Positions 9,802-18,260 of a stretch of 64,000 nucleotides of DNA are shown one piece after another (the stretch's first letter is position 1; every line of letters begins with the position of its first letter). A model generated the notes under the pieces. The model was not told the DNA's origin. It saw nothing but the letters and a program-made list of their open reading frames with translations, and did not search any database. The DNA is from an uncultured bacterium (GTDB lineage Bacteria; Cyanobacteriota; Cyanobacteriia; Cyanobacteriales; JAABRE01). Where the stretch lies: contig CAYPSO010000010.1 in assembly GCA_964413275.1 (NCBI GenBank), positions 1,575-65,574 on the forward strand, given 5' to 3'. A program made the translations under genes and the position numbers.

Positions 9802-10402
9802 TGTAATTATGTAAAGCTCGATCTATTTGTTGGTATAAATAAGTAATTGTTTGGGAATTATCTAAAATAATATCAGCAGATTGCATTTTAAGTTCTAAAG
9901 GTAATTGACTATTAATCCTTGCTTCTGCTTCCTCTAAGGTAAGATTATTTCTTTGACATAAACGCTCTGTTTGCTGTTGTTTAGTACAGATGACAACCCA
10001 AATTTCTGTAACTAAATCAGTCATGTTTGCCTCAAATAATAAGGGAATTGCTAAAACAATAATTTTGTCATCTAGTTGTTTGAGTTGGGTTACAAATTGT
10101 TCTCTAACATAAGGATGTATTTGGGATTCTAACCATTTTTTTTCGATTGGATTATTAAAAATAATATTTCCTAAAGCTTGACGATTTAACTTTCCGTTAG
10201 CTAATTTAATACTTTCCCCATATCTAGTAAAAATATTTTTGAGAATAGCAGAGTTATTGTTAACAGCTTCTCTAGCATAAAAATCAGCATCAAGAATAGA
10301 TAAATTATATTTTTCTTGTAAATAATTAGTAACAGTGGTTTTTCCCGTTGCAATTCCTCCAGTCAAACCGATTATTTTTTGTTTTTTATTTTTTTTAAAC
10401 AT
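9791..10402 (-). CDS. coaE: Dephospho-CoA kinase
   Basis: IIGLTGGIATGKTT, DADFYARE, LESQIHPYV, IPLLFE, RINSQLPL. Confidence 0.95.
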   Translation of the reverse strand: MFKKNKKQKIIGLTGGIATGKTTVTNYLQEKYNLSILDADFYAREAVNNNSAILKNIFTRYGESIKLANGKLNRQALGNIIFNNPIEKKWLESQIHPYVREQFVTQLKQLDDKIIVLAIPLLFEANMTDLVTEIWVVICTKQQQTERLCQRNNLTLEEAEARINSQLPLELKMQSADIILDNSQTITYLYQQIDRALHNYNER

Positions 10403-10522
10403 TTAATCTTGAAAAAAAGGGTATTTCTAATAGATAATAATATTATAAATATAAGACAGGAACTTCCTAGTTTAAACCTTCGTCTTTATGATTAAACTAT
10501 ATTAACCTAAATCAGATTTATC

Positions 10523-11377
10523 ATGTTTAAACAATTTTCTTATGTTTCTAAATCAGTGCGAAAAAGAATATTTTATAGCACAGTATCTATACTAACAGCC
10601 TTAACAGTTGCTTTTGCGACTCCTCAAACTACTTATGCCCTATCTTGGATTGATTTAATTTTAAGAGGAGTACAAGTTATTCAACTATCTACTATCTCTG
10701 ATAGTAATGAAGTTTCCCTTGGTAAACAGATTAACCAGCAAGTAGCATCTCAATATCCCTTATCTAATAATCAAAGACTTACTAGATATATTGATGAAAT
10801 CGGACAAAGATTAGCTAAAACTAGCTCTCGCCCGGATATTCCCTATACTTTTCAAGTAGTGAATGATAAAAGTATTAATGCTTTTGCAACTATGGGAGGA
10901 TTCGTATATATGAATACGGGCTTAATCACTAAAGCCGAAAACGAAGCGGAATTAGCTGGAGTTATTGCCCATGAAATTGGTCATATTGCCGCTCGTCATT
11001 CCATTAATCAAATGAAAGAACAAGCCATTGCCCAAGGGCTTGTTTCTGCGGCTGGTTTAGACCGCAATACAGCAGTACAATTAGGATTACAAGTAGGTTT
11101 TAAGCTTCCCAGAAGTCGTGGTGATGAATTAGAAGCTGATGAACTAGGATTAAAAAATCTAATTAAAGCAGGATATGCACCCATCGGCATGGTTACTTTT
11201 TTTGATAAGCTGATGAAAGCTCAATCAAGTGGAGCTCCTCCTAGTTTTTTAAGCACTCACCCAGCTACTGAAGATAGAATAGATCGTCTAGAATCAATGA
11301 TCGATCCTGCAACTGCTAAACAGGGTAATGGTTTAAATTCTCAGGCTTATAAAGCTAAAATCCAATCTTTACTATAA
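10523..11377 (+). CDS. M48-family zinc metallopeptidase (secreted)
   Basis: INAFATMGG, HEIGH, ELEAD, FLSTHP motifs; N-terminal signal. Confidence 0.9.
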   Translation: MFKQFSYVSKSVRKRIFYSTVSILTALTVAFATPQTTYALSWIDLILRGVQVIQLSTISDSNEVSLGKQINQQVASQYPLSNNQRLTRYIDEIGQRLAKTSSRPDIPYTFQVVNDKSINAFATMGGFVYMNTGLITKAENEAELAGVIAHEIGHIAARHSINQMKEQAIAQGLVSAAGLDRNTAVQLGLQVGFKLPRSRGDELEADELGLKNLIKAGYAPIGMVTFFDKLMKAQSSGAPPSFLSTHPATEDRIDRLESMIDPATAKQGNGLNSQAYKAKIQSLL

Positions 11378-11396
11378 AATATTGATACCTAAAAAC

Positions 11397-11441
11397 AAAC
11401 TTACTCATTATCTCTATCTAGGGATAGAAATGAGTAAGTTT
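11397..11441. terminator. Long hairpin downstream of the M48 gene
   Basis: aaacttactcat ... atgagtaagttt 12-bp arms with inner ctatc/gatag stem. Confidence 0.5.
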
Positions 11442-11781
11442 TAAAAAACTGCATTTACCCTCTACAGGGTTTATGGGATAAGATTTTTTTGATCACAAGT
11501 ACCAAAGAGCGGTTAGGGACTTGTGGTTAAATAAAGTACCATTTAAAGTGGGGTGGACAAAACCGACAGATCGAGTTTACGAGAAATTCTCAAAGCATAT
11601 TTGGCCCACCAAAAAATATATAAACTGGTATATTATTTATTTACCGAGTAGGGATGTTGAAAGCCCTCGGCTGAAGTCCGAGGGCTGGAAACGAGCGAAC
11701 CGTTCAGGTTAGAACGGACGGCTGAAATGGGCGAATGGGATTCGCCCATCGCGTCCTCCACTTTTAACCGTCCCGAAATCA

Positions 11782-11808
11782 TGGTATAATCTTTTTACTT
11801 AAAAGAGG
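11782..11808 (+). promoter_or_regulatory. Extended -10 promoter (TGgTATAAT) and RBS for tnpB
   Basis: atggtataat at 11781-11790, aagagg ~6 nt before ATG 11814. Confidence 0.55.
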
Positions 11809-11813
11809 TTTAA

Positions 11814-13193
11814 ATGTACAGTTGCCAACAAGTTCTAGTAAGTCAACGGCGCGATTATTCAGGGGGAAATAAATTCGCCGAATCTCGCGCCAAAAATAAC
11901 GACTTAATTAACATATTAACATTCTTGTGTGAAGAGTCTCATAAACTCACTAACCTGGGAATTTATTATGCTAGGCAGCTATATTTTAAAGCTAAAAAAG
12001 GAATAGGCAAGTTTGATTTAGAAAAAGAATACAAAGCGTCGAACCACTACAAAGTTTTATATTCTCAAGCTGCTCAACAAATATTAAGAACTATAGCAGA
12101 ATCTTTTAAATCTTATTATGGATTAGTTAAAGCTTATAAATCTGGAAAGATAACAGATAAACCTAGAATTCCTAACTACAGAAAAAAGAATGGTTTGGCA
12201 ACAGTTAGCTATCCCAAGCAAGCACTTAAGTTAAAAGATGGACAGATAAGAGTCCCATTGGGCAAGACTTGTAAGGCTTGGTTCGATATAGATAGCTTTA
12301 GTGTATCCATGCCTAGCAACCTTGATTTTTCTGAGCTAAAAGAACTAAGAATACTACCTCGAAACAAGTGTTTTTATTTTGAGTTTGTCTATGAAAAGCA
12401 AATAAAAAAAGCGGAATTAAATCAAAATAATGTACTTGGTATCGATCCTGGTTTAAACAATTGGTTAACTTGTGTTTCGTCTGTTAATACGAGCTTTATT
12501 GTTGATGGAAAGCAGATCAAATCAATGAATCGTTGGTACAACAAGCAAGTATCAACAATTAAGGAAAATAAACCACAAGGTTTTTGGAACAATAGATTAG
12601 CGACAATAACTGAAAAACGCAATAGACAAATGCGTGATGCTATTAATAAAGCAGCGAGAGTAGTAATAAATCATTGCCTAAAAAATAATATTGGAACTAT
12701 TGTTTTTGGTTGGAATAAACGCAACAAAAATTCAATCAATATCGGCAAGAAAAATAATTCTGAGTTCGTACCTATCCCGTACCGACGACTCAAGGACAGA
12801 ATTGCTCAACTATGCGAGCAATATGGAATTCAGTTTATTGAGACTGAAGAATCATATACCAGTAAAGCTAGTTTTTTAGATGGCGACTATCTACCTATTT
12901 ATGGTGAAAAACCCGATGATTGGAAGCCGAATGGAAAAAGAACTAAGCGAGGGCTGTATCGCACAGCAATCAACTGGTATATAAATGCAGACTGCAATGG
13001 CGCAGCTAATATCATTAGAAAAGTAAGCAGAACGTTAGGCTTAGACCTTAGCCAACTGTCTAGGGGCGTTTTGACTCGTCCCCAAAGGATTAGCCTTTGG
13101 TCAGTTAATAAAGAAATAATGCGAAGCAATGTGGATTTATCCCATTGCGAAGCTTCCTTATTAGAATCCGCCCTCATTCATGGGGCGGAGTAG
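11814..13193 (+). CDS. tnpB: RNA-guided endonuclease TnpB (rearranged RuvC-II, no Zn ribbon)
   Basis: VLGIDPG (RuvC-I D), IVFGWN in place of IVxE, FIETEESYTSK, INADCNGAANI (RuvC-III D). Confidence 0.92.
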   Translation: MYSCQQVLVSQRRDYSGGNKFAESRAKNNDLINILTFLCEESHKLTNLGIYYARQLYFKAKKGIGKFDLEKEYKASNHYKVLYSQAAQQILRTIAESFKSYYGLVKAYKSGKITDKPRIPNYRKKNGLATVSYPKQALKLKDGQIRVPLGKTCKAWFDIDSFSVSMPSNLDFSELKELRILPRNKCFYFEFVYEKQIKKAELNQNNVLGIDPGLNNWLTCVSSVNTSFIVDGKQIKSMNRWYNKQVSTIKENKPQGFWNNRLATITEKRNRQMRDAINKAARVVINHCLKNNIGTIVFGWNKRNKNSINIGKKNNSEFVPIPYRRLKDRIAQLCEQYGIQFIETEESYTSKASFLDGDYLPIYGEKPDDWKPNGKRTKRGLYRTAINWYINADCNGAANIIRKVSRTLGLDLSQLSRGVLTRPQRISLWSVNKEIMRSNVDLSHCEASLLESALIHGAE

Positions 13194-13209
13194 TCAATAA
13201 TCCCTTAGT

Positions 13210-13416
13210 TCACTTAACGACATCTACTAAAGCTTCTGATTTGAATTGAATTGTACCTGAGCCGGAATAGCGATAACGCTCACCAAGAAATACTGATAAT
13301 TTGATGTTGGTTTGATTAGGAGTAAAGATATACTTTACGGTACAAACCTGCATTTTATTTTTGAAATAGGCAATAATGCGATCGCCAATTTTAATATTTA
13401 AAGCTTGAATTTTCAT
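13210..13416 (-). CDS. Small hypothetical protein (beta-rich, possibly SH3/KOW-like)
   Basis: 68-aa ATG ORF; IKIGDRI start resembles KOW-like motifs. Confidence 0.55.
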   Translation of the reverse strand: MKIQALNIKIGDRIIAYFKNKMQVCTVKYIFTPNQTNIKLSVFLGERYRYSGSGTIQFKSEALVDVVK

Positions 13417-13756
13417 CCTTTCACCTAAATTTTATTCTAAATCTTCCAAATCTTCTTCTCTTTCTAAATCAGAAATTGAGGTTTCAATAATGTATTCTAT
13501 TTCTTCTGAAATTAATAAAGAAACTGCAATTAGCTTATGATTAATGACATATAGCCAAAATTAAACAGAAAAAGAACACTTTCGATCTTCTAGTAACGGA
13601 TAGTCTGCTAAAGATATATAATGATAGGACTAAATATATTTTGATTGTTCATGTTGGGATTATAACATTTTTTTTAAAATCTTGCTCAAAACAAAAATAC
13701 TTGATATAATCACCAATCCAAAAATTAGAAAAGAACTTTAGTGAGATGAAGCAGAT

Positions 13757-13792
13757 TTGAGTTCTCCGCGCCTTAAAAGAGCGAGGATTCTA
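13757..13792 (-). mobile_element. IS200/IS605 right end (omegaRNA scaffold end) of the second tnpB
   Basis: Minus strand: TTA-GAAT-CCTCGC-tcttttaag-GCGCGG-AGAAC-TCAA, same architecture as the first element's right end. Confidence 0.8.
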
Positions 13793-13812
13793 AGCAGATG
13801 TTGCTACCCGGT

Positions 13813-15099
13813 CTAAAGACACGCGGAGCAACGCTTACGATATGATTTAGATAGACTATCCAATCTATACCGTTGTGGGAGACTCAAAACTCCCCTAGCT
13901 ACCTTGGCTAAATCTACATTTAGCTGTGTAATTACCTTACGAATAATATTACTTGAGCCGTTACAGTCAGCGTTAATTAATTGACCGCTATTAGTCTGAT
14001 ACAACCCCCTTTTTATCCTTTTTCCTGATGGTTGCCACCCGTCGGGTTTTTCGCCAACTGTAGGTAGCAAATCATCATCTAAGAAAGAAGCTTTTGAGGT
14101 ATAACTTTCTTCAGTTTCAATAAACTTAATCCCGTATTGGTCACACAATTGAGCCAGACGAATTTTAAGCTTGGCTGTGGGAATCTGGACAAAATTCTGA
14201 TTATTCTTTTTTCCTATGTTAATAGAATCTTTTTGTCTTTTGTTCCATCCAAAAACCACAATAGAAACATTGTTATTAAGACACCAATTTACGATCAATC
14301 TAGCTCCTTTATTCACATTATCTCTCATTTGACGGTTACGCTTTTCGGTTAAGTCTGCTAATTCATCATCCCAATAATCTTGAGATTTTCCTGTCTTAAT
14401 TTTAGCAACACGCTTGTTATACCATTGATTTTGAGACTTCACTTTTTTGCCATCAACAACAAATGATTTACCAATGTTAGAGACACAAGTTAACCAGTTA
14501 TCTAATCCATGATCAATCCCCAAAACATTAAGATTGGGGTCAATCTTTTTAAGAGCATCTTGACTATAGACGCATTCGAGATAAAAGCAGCGATTTCTCG
14601 GTAAAATACGAAACTCTTTTACCTGCTGATAATCTATGTTGCTTGGCATTGGCAACAGAAAATGGTCAATTCCAAACCAAGTTTTGATCTGCTTCCCTAA
14701 AGGAATTTTTAAGAAACCTTCTTTAGTCAATTTAATCCATCTTGCAGGACAGCTAACAACAGATATGCCTCCTTTTTTACGATATTTTGGAGGTCTAGGC
14801 TTTTGAGTTAATTCTCCTTTTTTCCAAAGGGATAAAAGTTTCTTGTAAGAAGTAAAAGATTCAACAACCTCATGTAATACTTGTTGAGCACAAGCTGACC
14901 TCATTGCTTGAAAATGAGGGTTGCTTTTTAAGACTGAATCAAGCTCATACTTACTCAAATAACGATCAGCTTTGAATAATATTTGACGACAATAGTAGAT
15001 ACCACAATTAGCTAACTTATTGGCTTCGCTACAGATAAACTCTAAGATAGCTCTTACATCATCATGAGGATGAATTAAAATTTGCTGGCAACCATACAT
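13813..15099 (-). CDS. tnpB: RNA-guided endonuclease TnpB, second copy
   Basis: VLGIDHG, IVVFGWN, FIETEESYTSK, INADCNG; RBS GGAGG upstream. Confidence 0.92.
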   Translation of the reverse strand: MYGCQQILIHPHDDVRAILEFICSEANKLANCGIYYCRQILFKADRYLSKYELDSVLKSNPHFQAMRSACAQQVLHEVVESFTSYKKLLSLWKKGELTQKPRPPKYRKKGGISVVSCPARWIKLTKEGFLKIPLGKQIKTWFGIDHFLLPMPSNIDYQQVKEFRILPRNRCFYLECVYSQDALKKIDPNLNVLGIDHGLDNWLTCVSNIGKSFVVDGKKVKSQNQWYNKRVAKIKTGKSQDYWDDELADLTEKRNRQMRDNVNKGARLIVNWCLNNNVSIVVFGWNKRQKDSINIGKKNNQNFVQIPTAKLKIRLAQLCDQYGIKFIETEESYTSKASFLDDDLLPTVGEKPDGWQPSGKRIKRGLYQTNSGQLINADCNGSSNIIRKVITQLNVDLAKVARGVLSLPQRYRLDSLSKSYRKRCSACL

Positions 15100-15850
15100 A
15101 ATTTTTCCCTCCTGTCGATATAATATATTGATTCAATGTTTTTGTCTGATAAGTAGTTACGGCTTTTTCTAAAGTCATAGTTCTCACTTTTCCAGATTGG
15201 GAATTAGCTTGGAATACTTTGTTATTAGTAATATCAAACCCAGTTAACCAACCACTTTTAGGATGGTAAACTCCTGTATCAATATCTAGCCAACCTTCAC
15301 CTTGAACTAAATTTCCGGGTTTCACCTCTGGAAAGGTAAAGGTCATACTATGGCCGATGATAATTAATTTATCTTCAAAATAAGGTTTTTGAATATTGTG
15401 AAATTCTCCTCGAATCCAGCAAAAATGCTCTGAAGATTGTTGATTTAGAGATAAGTTAGGAGATAAGCCGGCATGAACTAAAAATACGTCTCCTAAATCT
15501 AAATAGGTTGGTAAGTCTTTCATCCAATTTAAATGTTGATAGGGGATTTCATTGTTATAACTAGCTAAAGTTGAACTACCCCCCGCTCTTAACCAAAAAT
15601 TAAGATTTTCTGGGTTTATTTTGCCATAACCGATGGTAAATAGCAAAATTTCTTCATGGTTTCCTAAAACACAGGGATAGTCGTTATCTATCACAAACTG
15701 TACTACTTCTGCGCTTTTTGGTCCTCGATCTATTAAATCTCCTAAAAAATAAACCTCATCTTGTTTTCCTGGTGCGATCGCCTCTAATAATAACATTAAG
15801 GTATCATAGTGACCATGTACGTCACCAATAACTATTCTACGTTGGCTCAT
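15062..15850 (-). CDS. Metallophosphoesterase (PPP Ser/Thr phosphatase family); C-terminus reads into tnpB
   Basis: IGDVHG, LGDLIDRG, LGNHE, VHAG, IIGHS, DTG motifs. Confidence 0.9.
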   Translation of the reverse strand: MSQRRIVIGDVHGHYDTLMLLLEAIAPGKQDEVYFLGDLIDRGPKSAEVVQFVIDNDYPCVLGNHEEILLFTIGYGKINPENLNFWLRAGGSSTLASYNNEIPYQHLNWMKDLPTYLDLGDVFLVHAGLSPNLSLNQQSSEHFCWIRGEFHNIQKPYFEDKLIIIGHSMTFTFPEVKPGNLVQGEGWLDIDTGVYHPKSGWLTGFDITNNKVFQANSQSGKVRTMTLEKAVTTYQTKTLNQYIISTGGKNYVWLPANFNSSS

Positions 15851-15920
15851 TATTGCTCAATTTTTAATCTTAATTTTATATATTCATAATAAAATTAATT
15901 GAAATTAATTGCTTAATCAG

Positions 15921-16517
15921 ATGACTATTTCTACTAAAAAAATTAATATTCTTAAAACACCAACTCAAACTCCTTGGATAGAACAAGCTATTAATAATTT
16001 AGATGTTATTTTATTAGATCATTCCCATTGCGAAAGAAAAGCGGCGGGAGTCGCTTTAAATATGATGTTTCGCTATCCTTCTTATACGTATTTAATCCAT
16101 CAGTTAACTGCTATAGCCAAAGAAGAATTAGAACATTTTGAATTAGTAAACAATTGGTTAGAACGTCGAGGCATAGCCCTTGCTCCTTTAAATTCACCTC
16201 CCTATGGAGCAGAATTAAAAAAGTTAATTCGTCACCAAGAACCGGATCGCTTACTTGATTCTCTCCTCATCTCAGCTTTAATCGAGGCACGCTCCCATGA
16301 AAGATTAGGATTATTAGCCGAGCATTGTCCAGAGCCTGAGTTAGCAAAATTTTATCATAGTTTAATGGCTTCAGAGGCCAGACATTATGGTATTTATTGG
16401 CTTTTAGCCGATTATTATTGTGAGAGAGAAATTGTGACAAAACGTTTAGAACAATTAGCCATAGCAGAAAGCAAAATTTTAGATAATTTATATTATCAAC
16501 CAAGAATACATAGTTAA
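15921..16517 (+). CDS. miaE: tRNA-(ms2io6A) hydroxylase
   Basis: LLDHSHCERKAA, EELEHF, IEARSHER, SEARHY diiron motifs; ATG 15921 preferred over TTG 15909. Confidence 0.9.
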   Translation: MTISTKKINILKTPTQTPWIEQAINNLDVILLDHSHCERKAAGVALNMMFRYPSYTYLIHQLTAIAKEELEHFELVNNWLERRGIALAPLNSPPYGAELKKLIRHQEPDRLLDSLLISALIEARSHERLGLLAEHCPEPELAKFYHSLMASEARHYGIYWLLADYYCEREIVTKRLEQLAIAESKILDNLYYQPRIHS

Positions 16518-16611
16518 CTTGAAGCTGTTATTAATTGTTATGATATTCATAAATATTAATTTGATTTTTTTATAGAGATACTATTATTAATATCTCTACA
16601 TTAATTGATGA

Positions 16612-17121
16612 TTAAGCTAGAACAAAATCTACCGTTTGTGTTCCTTCTGTTTCTGCTTTACCAGAAGTTAATTTTTTTCCATTAATTTCGACAGCAAAAG
16701 GAGTTGTACTTAATTCATCTAAATTATAGTCAGTTTTTTCTGTGGTATAACCCACACTAGCAATCATATCTCTACCTTGTTCTTTATAGAGAAAAGCTAA
16801 CATTTGGTTTTTATTTTGTTTATTATCATAAGCCCAAATTACCATGTATTGTTTTCCTTCATATTCAAACACTTTGGGAGGACGATTAGGGACATAACGC
16901 CCCGGATTTCCAAAACTTTTATCTAAGAAATCTTGTACCGAACTAGGTTCAACAACTGCATAAGCAATTTCTTCTTTAGACTGAGGTTCTTGATCTCCCG
17001 AACTTTCAGCAACTGGCTCTTCTTGTTCGCGATTTTTAAAATAATCTACAGCCATTTTAGTACCAATCGCACCTACTGTAGCTATTCCTGCACCAACTAA
17101 CAAATTTCTAAGTTTGCTCAT
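16612..17121 (-). CDS. Hypothetical protein with N-terminal hydrophobic anchor
   Basis: 169-aa ORF; LLVGAGIATVGAIG segment followed by an acidic linker. Confidence 0.7.
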   Translation of the reverse strand: MSKLRNLLVGAGIATVGAIGTKMAVDYFKNREQEEPVAESSGDQEPQSKEEIAYAVVEPSSVQDFLDKSFGNPGRYVPNRPPKVFEYEGKQYMVIWAYDNKQNKNQMLAFLYKEQGRDMIASVGYTTEKTDYNLDELSTTPFAVEINGKKLTSGKAETEGTQTVDFVLA

Positions 17122-17190
17122 TTTCTTTTGCTTAAAATACTAATAGTTAATTCTCACAAATATACCATAGATAATTTTCACCTACTACCT

Positions 17191-18084
17191 TCAAAAGGAA
17201 GATAATTTTTGTAACATTTCTTCGGTTAATTGGACGAACTTTTTAGCTCCGGGCGAACTAGGATGAGACATGACAACTGGAGTAAATGTATCAACTGCTT
17301 TAGCAACATTTACATCCATAGGTATTTGATTTTCAAATAATTTGTCTGGGCTAAAATCTTCTATTACTCTTCTCATTACTTGTTTATAATATCTGCCAAA
17401 AATATTAGTACCTGAAAGAATAAATACAATACCTAATAATTTTAAATCTACTGGTACTATATTTTGATGACTTGCTTTTAGTTTATTAATTCTTCTTTCT
17501 AACAGTTGAATACCGACAATAGATAAAGGTTCAGGACGAGCAGGAAGTAAATAAAAATCACTAGCAGCTATGCCACTTCTGGTTAATAAATTATATCCCG
17601 GAGCGCAATCTATAATAATAAAATCATATTGATTTCTCACTGATTCTAAAATATTTCTGATTAATCTACGCTCAAAATTATTCCAAACTATATCAAAATT
17701 TCCTGCTTTTCCTTCAGCTATTGCTTCTCCATGTAACATTTCTGATACCAAATATTCATCATATAATTCAATATCTCCGGGTAATAAACTCAGGTTTTTT
17801 ATATCACAAATATTATCTAAAATCAAATCTGGTGTATTGAATTGTTTGCGATTATTGAACTGAATAAATTTATCAAGTAAATAATTTAAAGTACGTCCTT
17901 TTCTTCTGATTTTAGCAAACTCAAAAGGAGGCATTAAACTAAGAGTTGCACTGATTTGTGCATCCAAGTCAAGCACTAAAACTTTTTTATTATGATTTTT
18001 AGCTAAACAAGTAGCTAAATTAACTGTCAAGGTAGTTTTACCTACTCCACCTTTCATGTTGACTGTACTAATAACAATTCCCAC
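17191..18084 (-). CDS. ParA/Soj-family ATPase (no adjacent parB)
   Basis: NMKGGVGKTT deviant Walker A, LDLDAQ, IIIDCAPG. Confidence 0.9.
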   Translation of the reverse strand: MGIVISTVNMKGGVGKTTLTVNLATCLAKNHNKKVLVLDLDAQISATLSLMPPFEFAKIRRKGRTLNYLLDKFIQFNNRKQFNTPDLILDNICDIKNLSLLPGDIELYDEYLVSEMLHGEAIAEGKAGNFDIVWNNFERRLIRNILESVRNQYDFIIIDCAPGYNLLTRSGIAASDFYLLPARPEPLSIVGIQLLERRINKLKASHQNIVPVDLKLLGIVFILSGTNIFGRYYKQVMRRVIEDFSPDKLFENQIPMDVNVAKAVDTFTPVVMSHPSSPGAKKFVQLTEEMLQKLSSF

Positions 18085-18260
18085 GATTTCAATTTCCTCA
18101 AGAATACCAAAAAAATATAATAAACTATTCAGCGATCATTATCACTTCTCTAATGTTTAGATTTAATCTTTTGATAAAGATAGTAACTTTACTTAATAGT
18201 AAAAATAACTTTAACATTTAATTATTGAAACTTAAATATTAATCAAGGTAAAATAATTAA

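Larger units (their letters stand above)
11645..13197 (+). mobile_element. Non-autonomous IS200/IS605-family (IS1341-like, tnpB-only) element with IS608-type ends
   Basis: Left end: TTAC (11641-44), 15 nt, AAAG (11660-63), hairpin CCCTCGG-ctgaagt-CCGAGGG. Right end: GAAT (13164-67), hairpin CCGCCC..GGGCGG, AGTAG, TCAA (13194-97). No tnpA inside. Confidence 0.85.

Noticed and set aside
11521-11712. 63-aa ORF as an intact gene
   Set aside because: TTG start and its last third is IS left-end sequence; treated only as a possible remnant.
13417-13660. Acidic frame FWLYVINHKLIAVSLLISEEIEYIIETSISDLEREEDLEDLE on the minus strand
   Set aside because: No start codon, upstream stops in all frames and no recognisable family; too weak to call.
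11645-15099. Two TnpBs as a type V CRISPR (Cas12f-like) locus or composite transposon
   Set aside because: No repeat-spacer array. IS200/IS605 excision needs a left and right end on the same strand, whereas these right ends are on opposite strands.
17191-18084. ParA as a sign of a plasmid or prophage
   Set aside because: No parB, rep or phage genes; orphan ParA homologues are common on cyanobacterial chromosomes and the neighbours are housekeeping genes.
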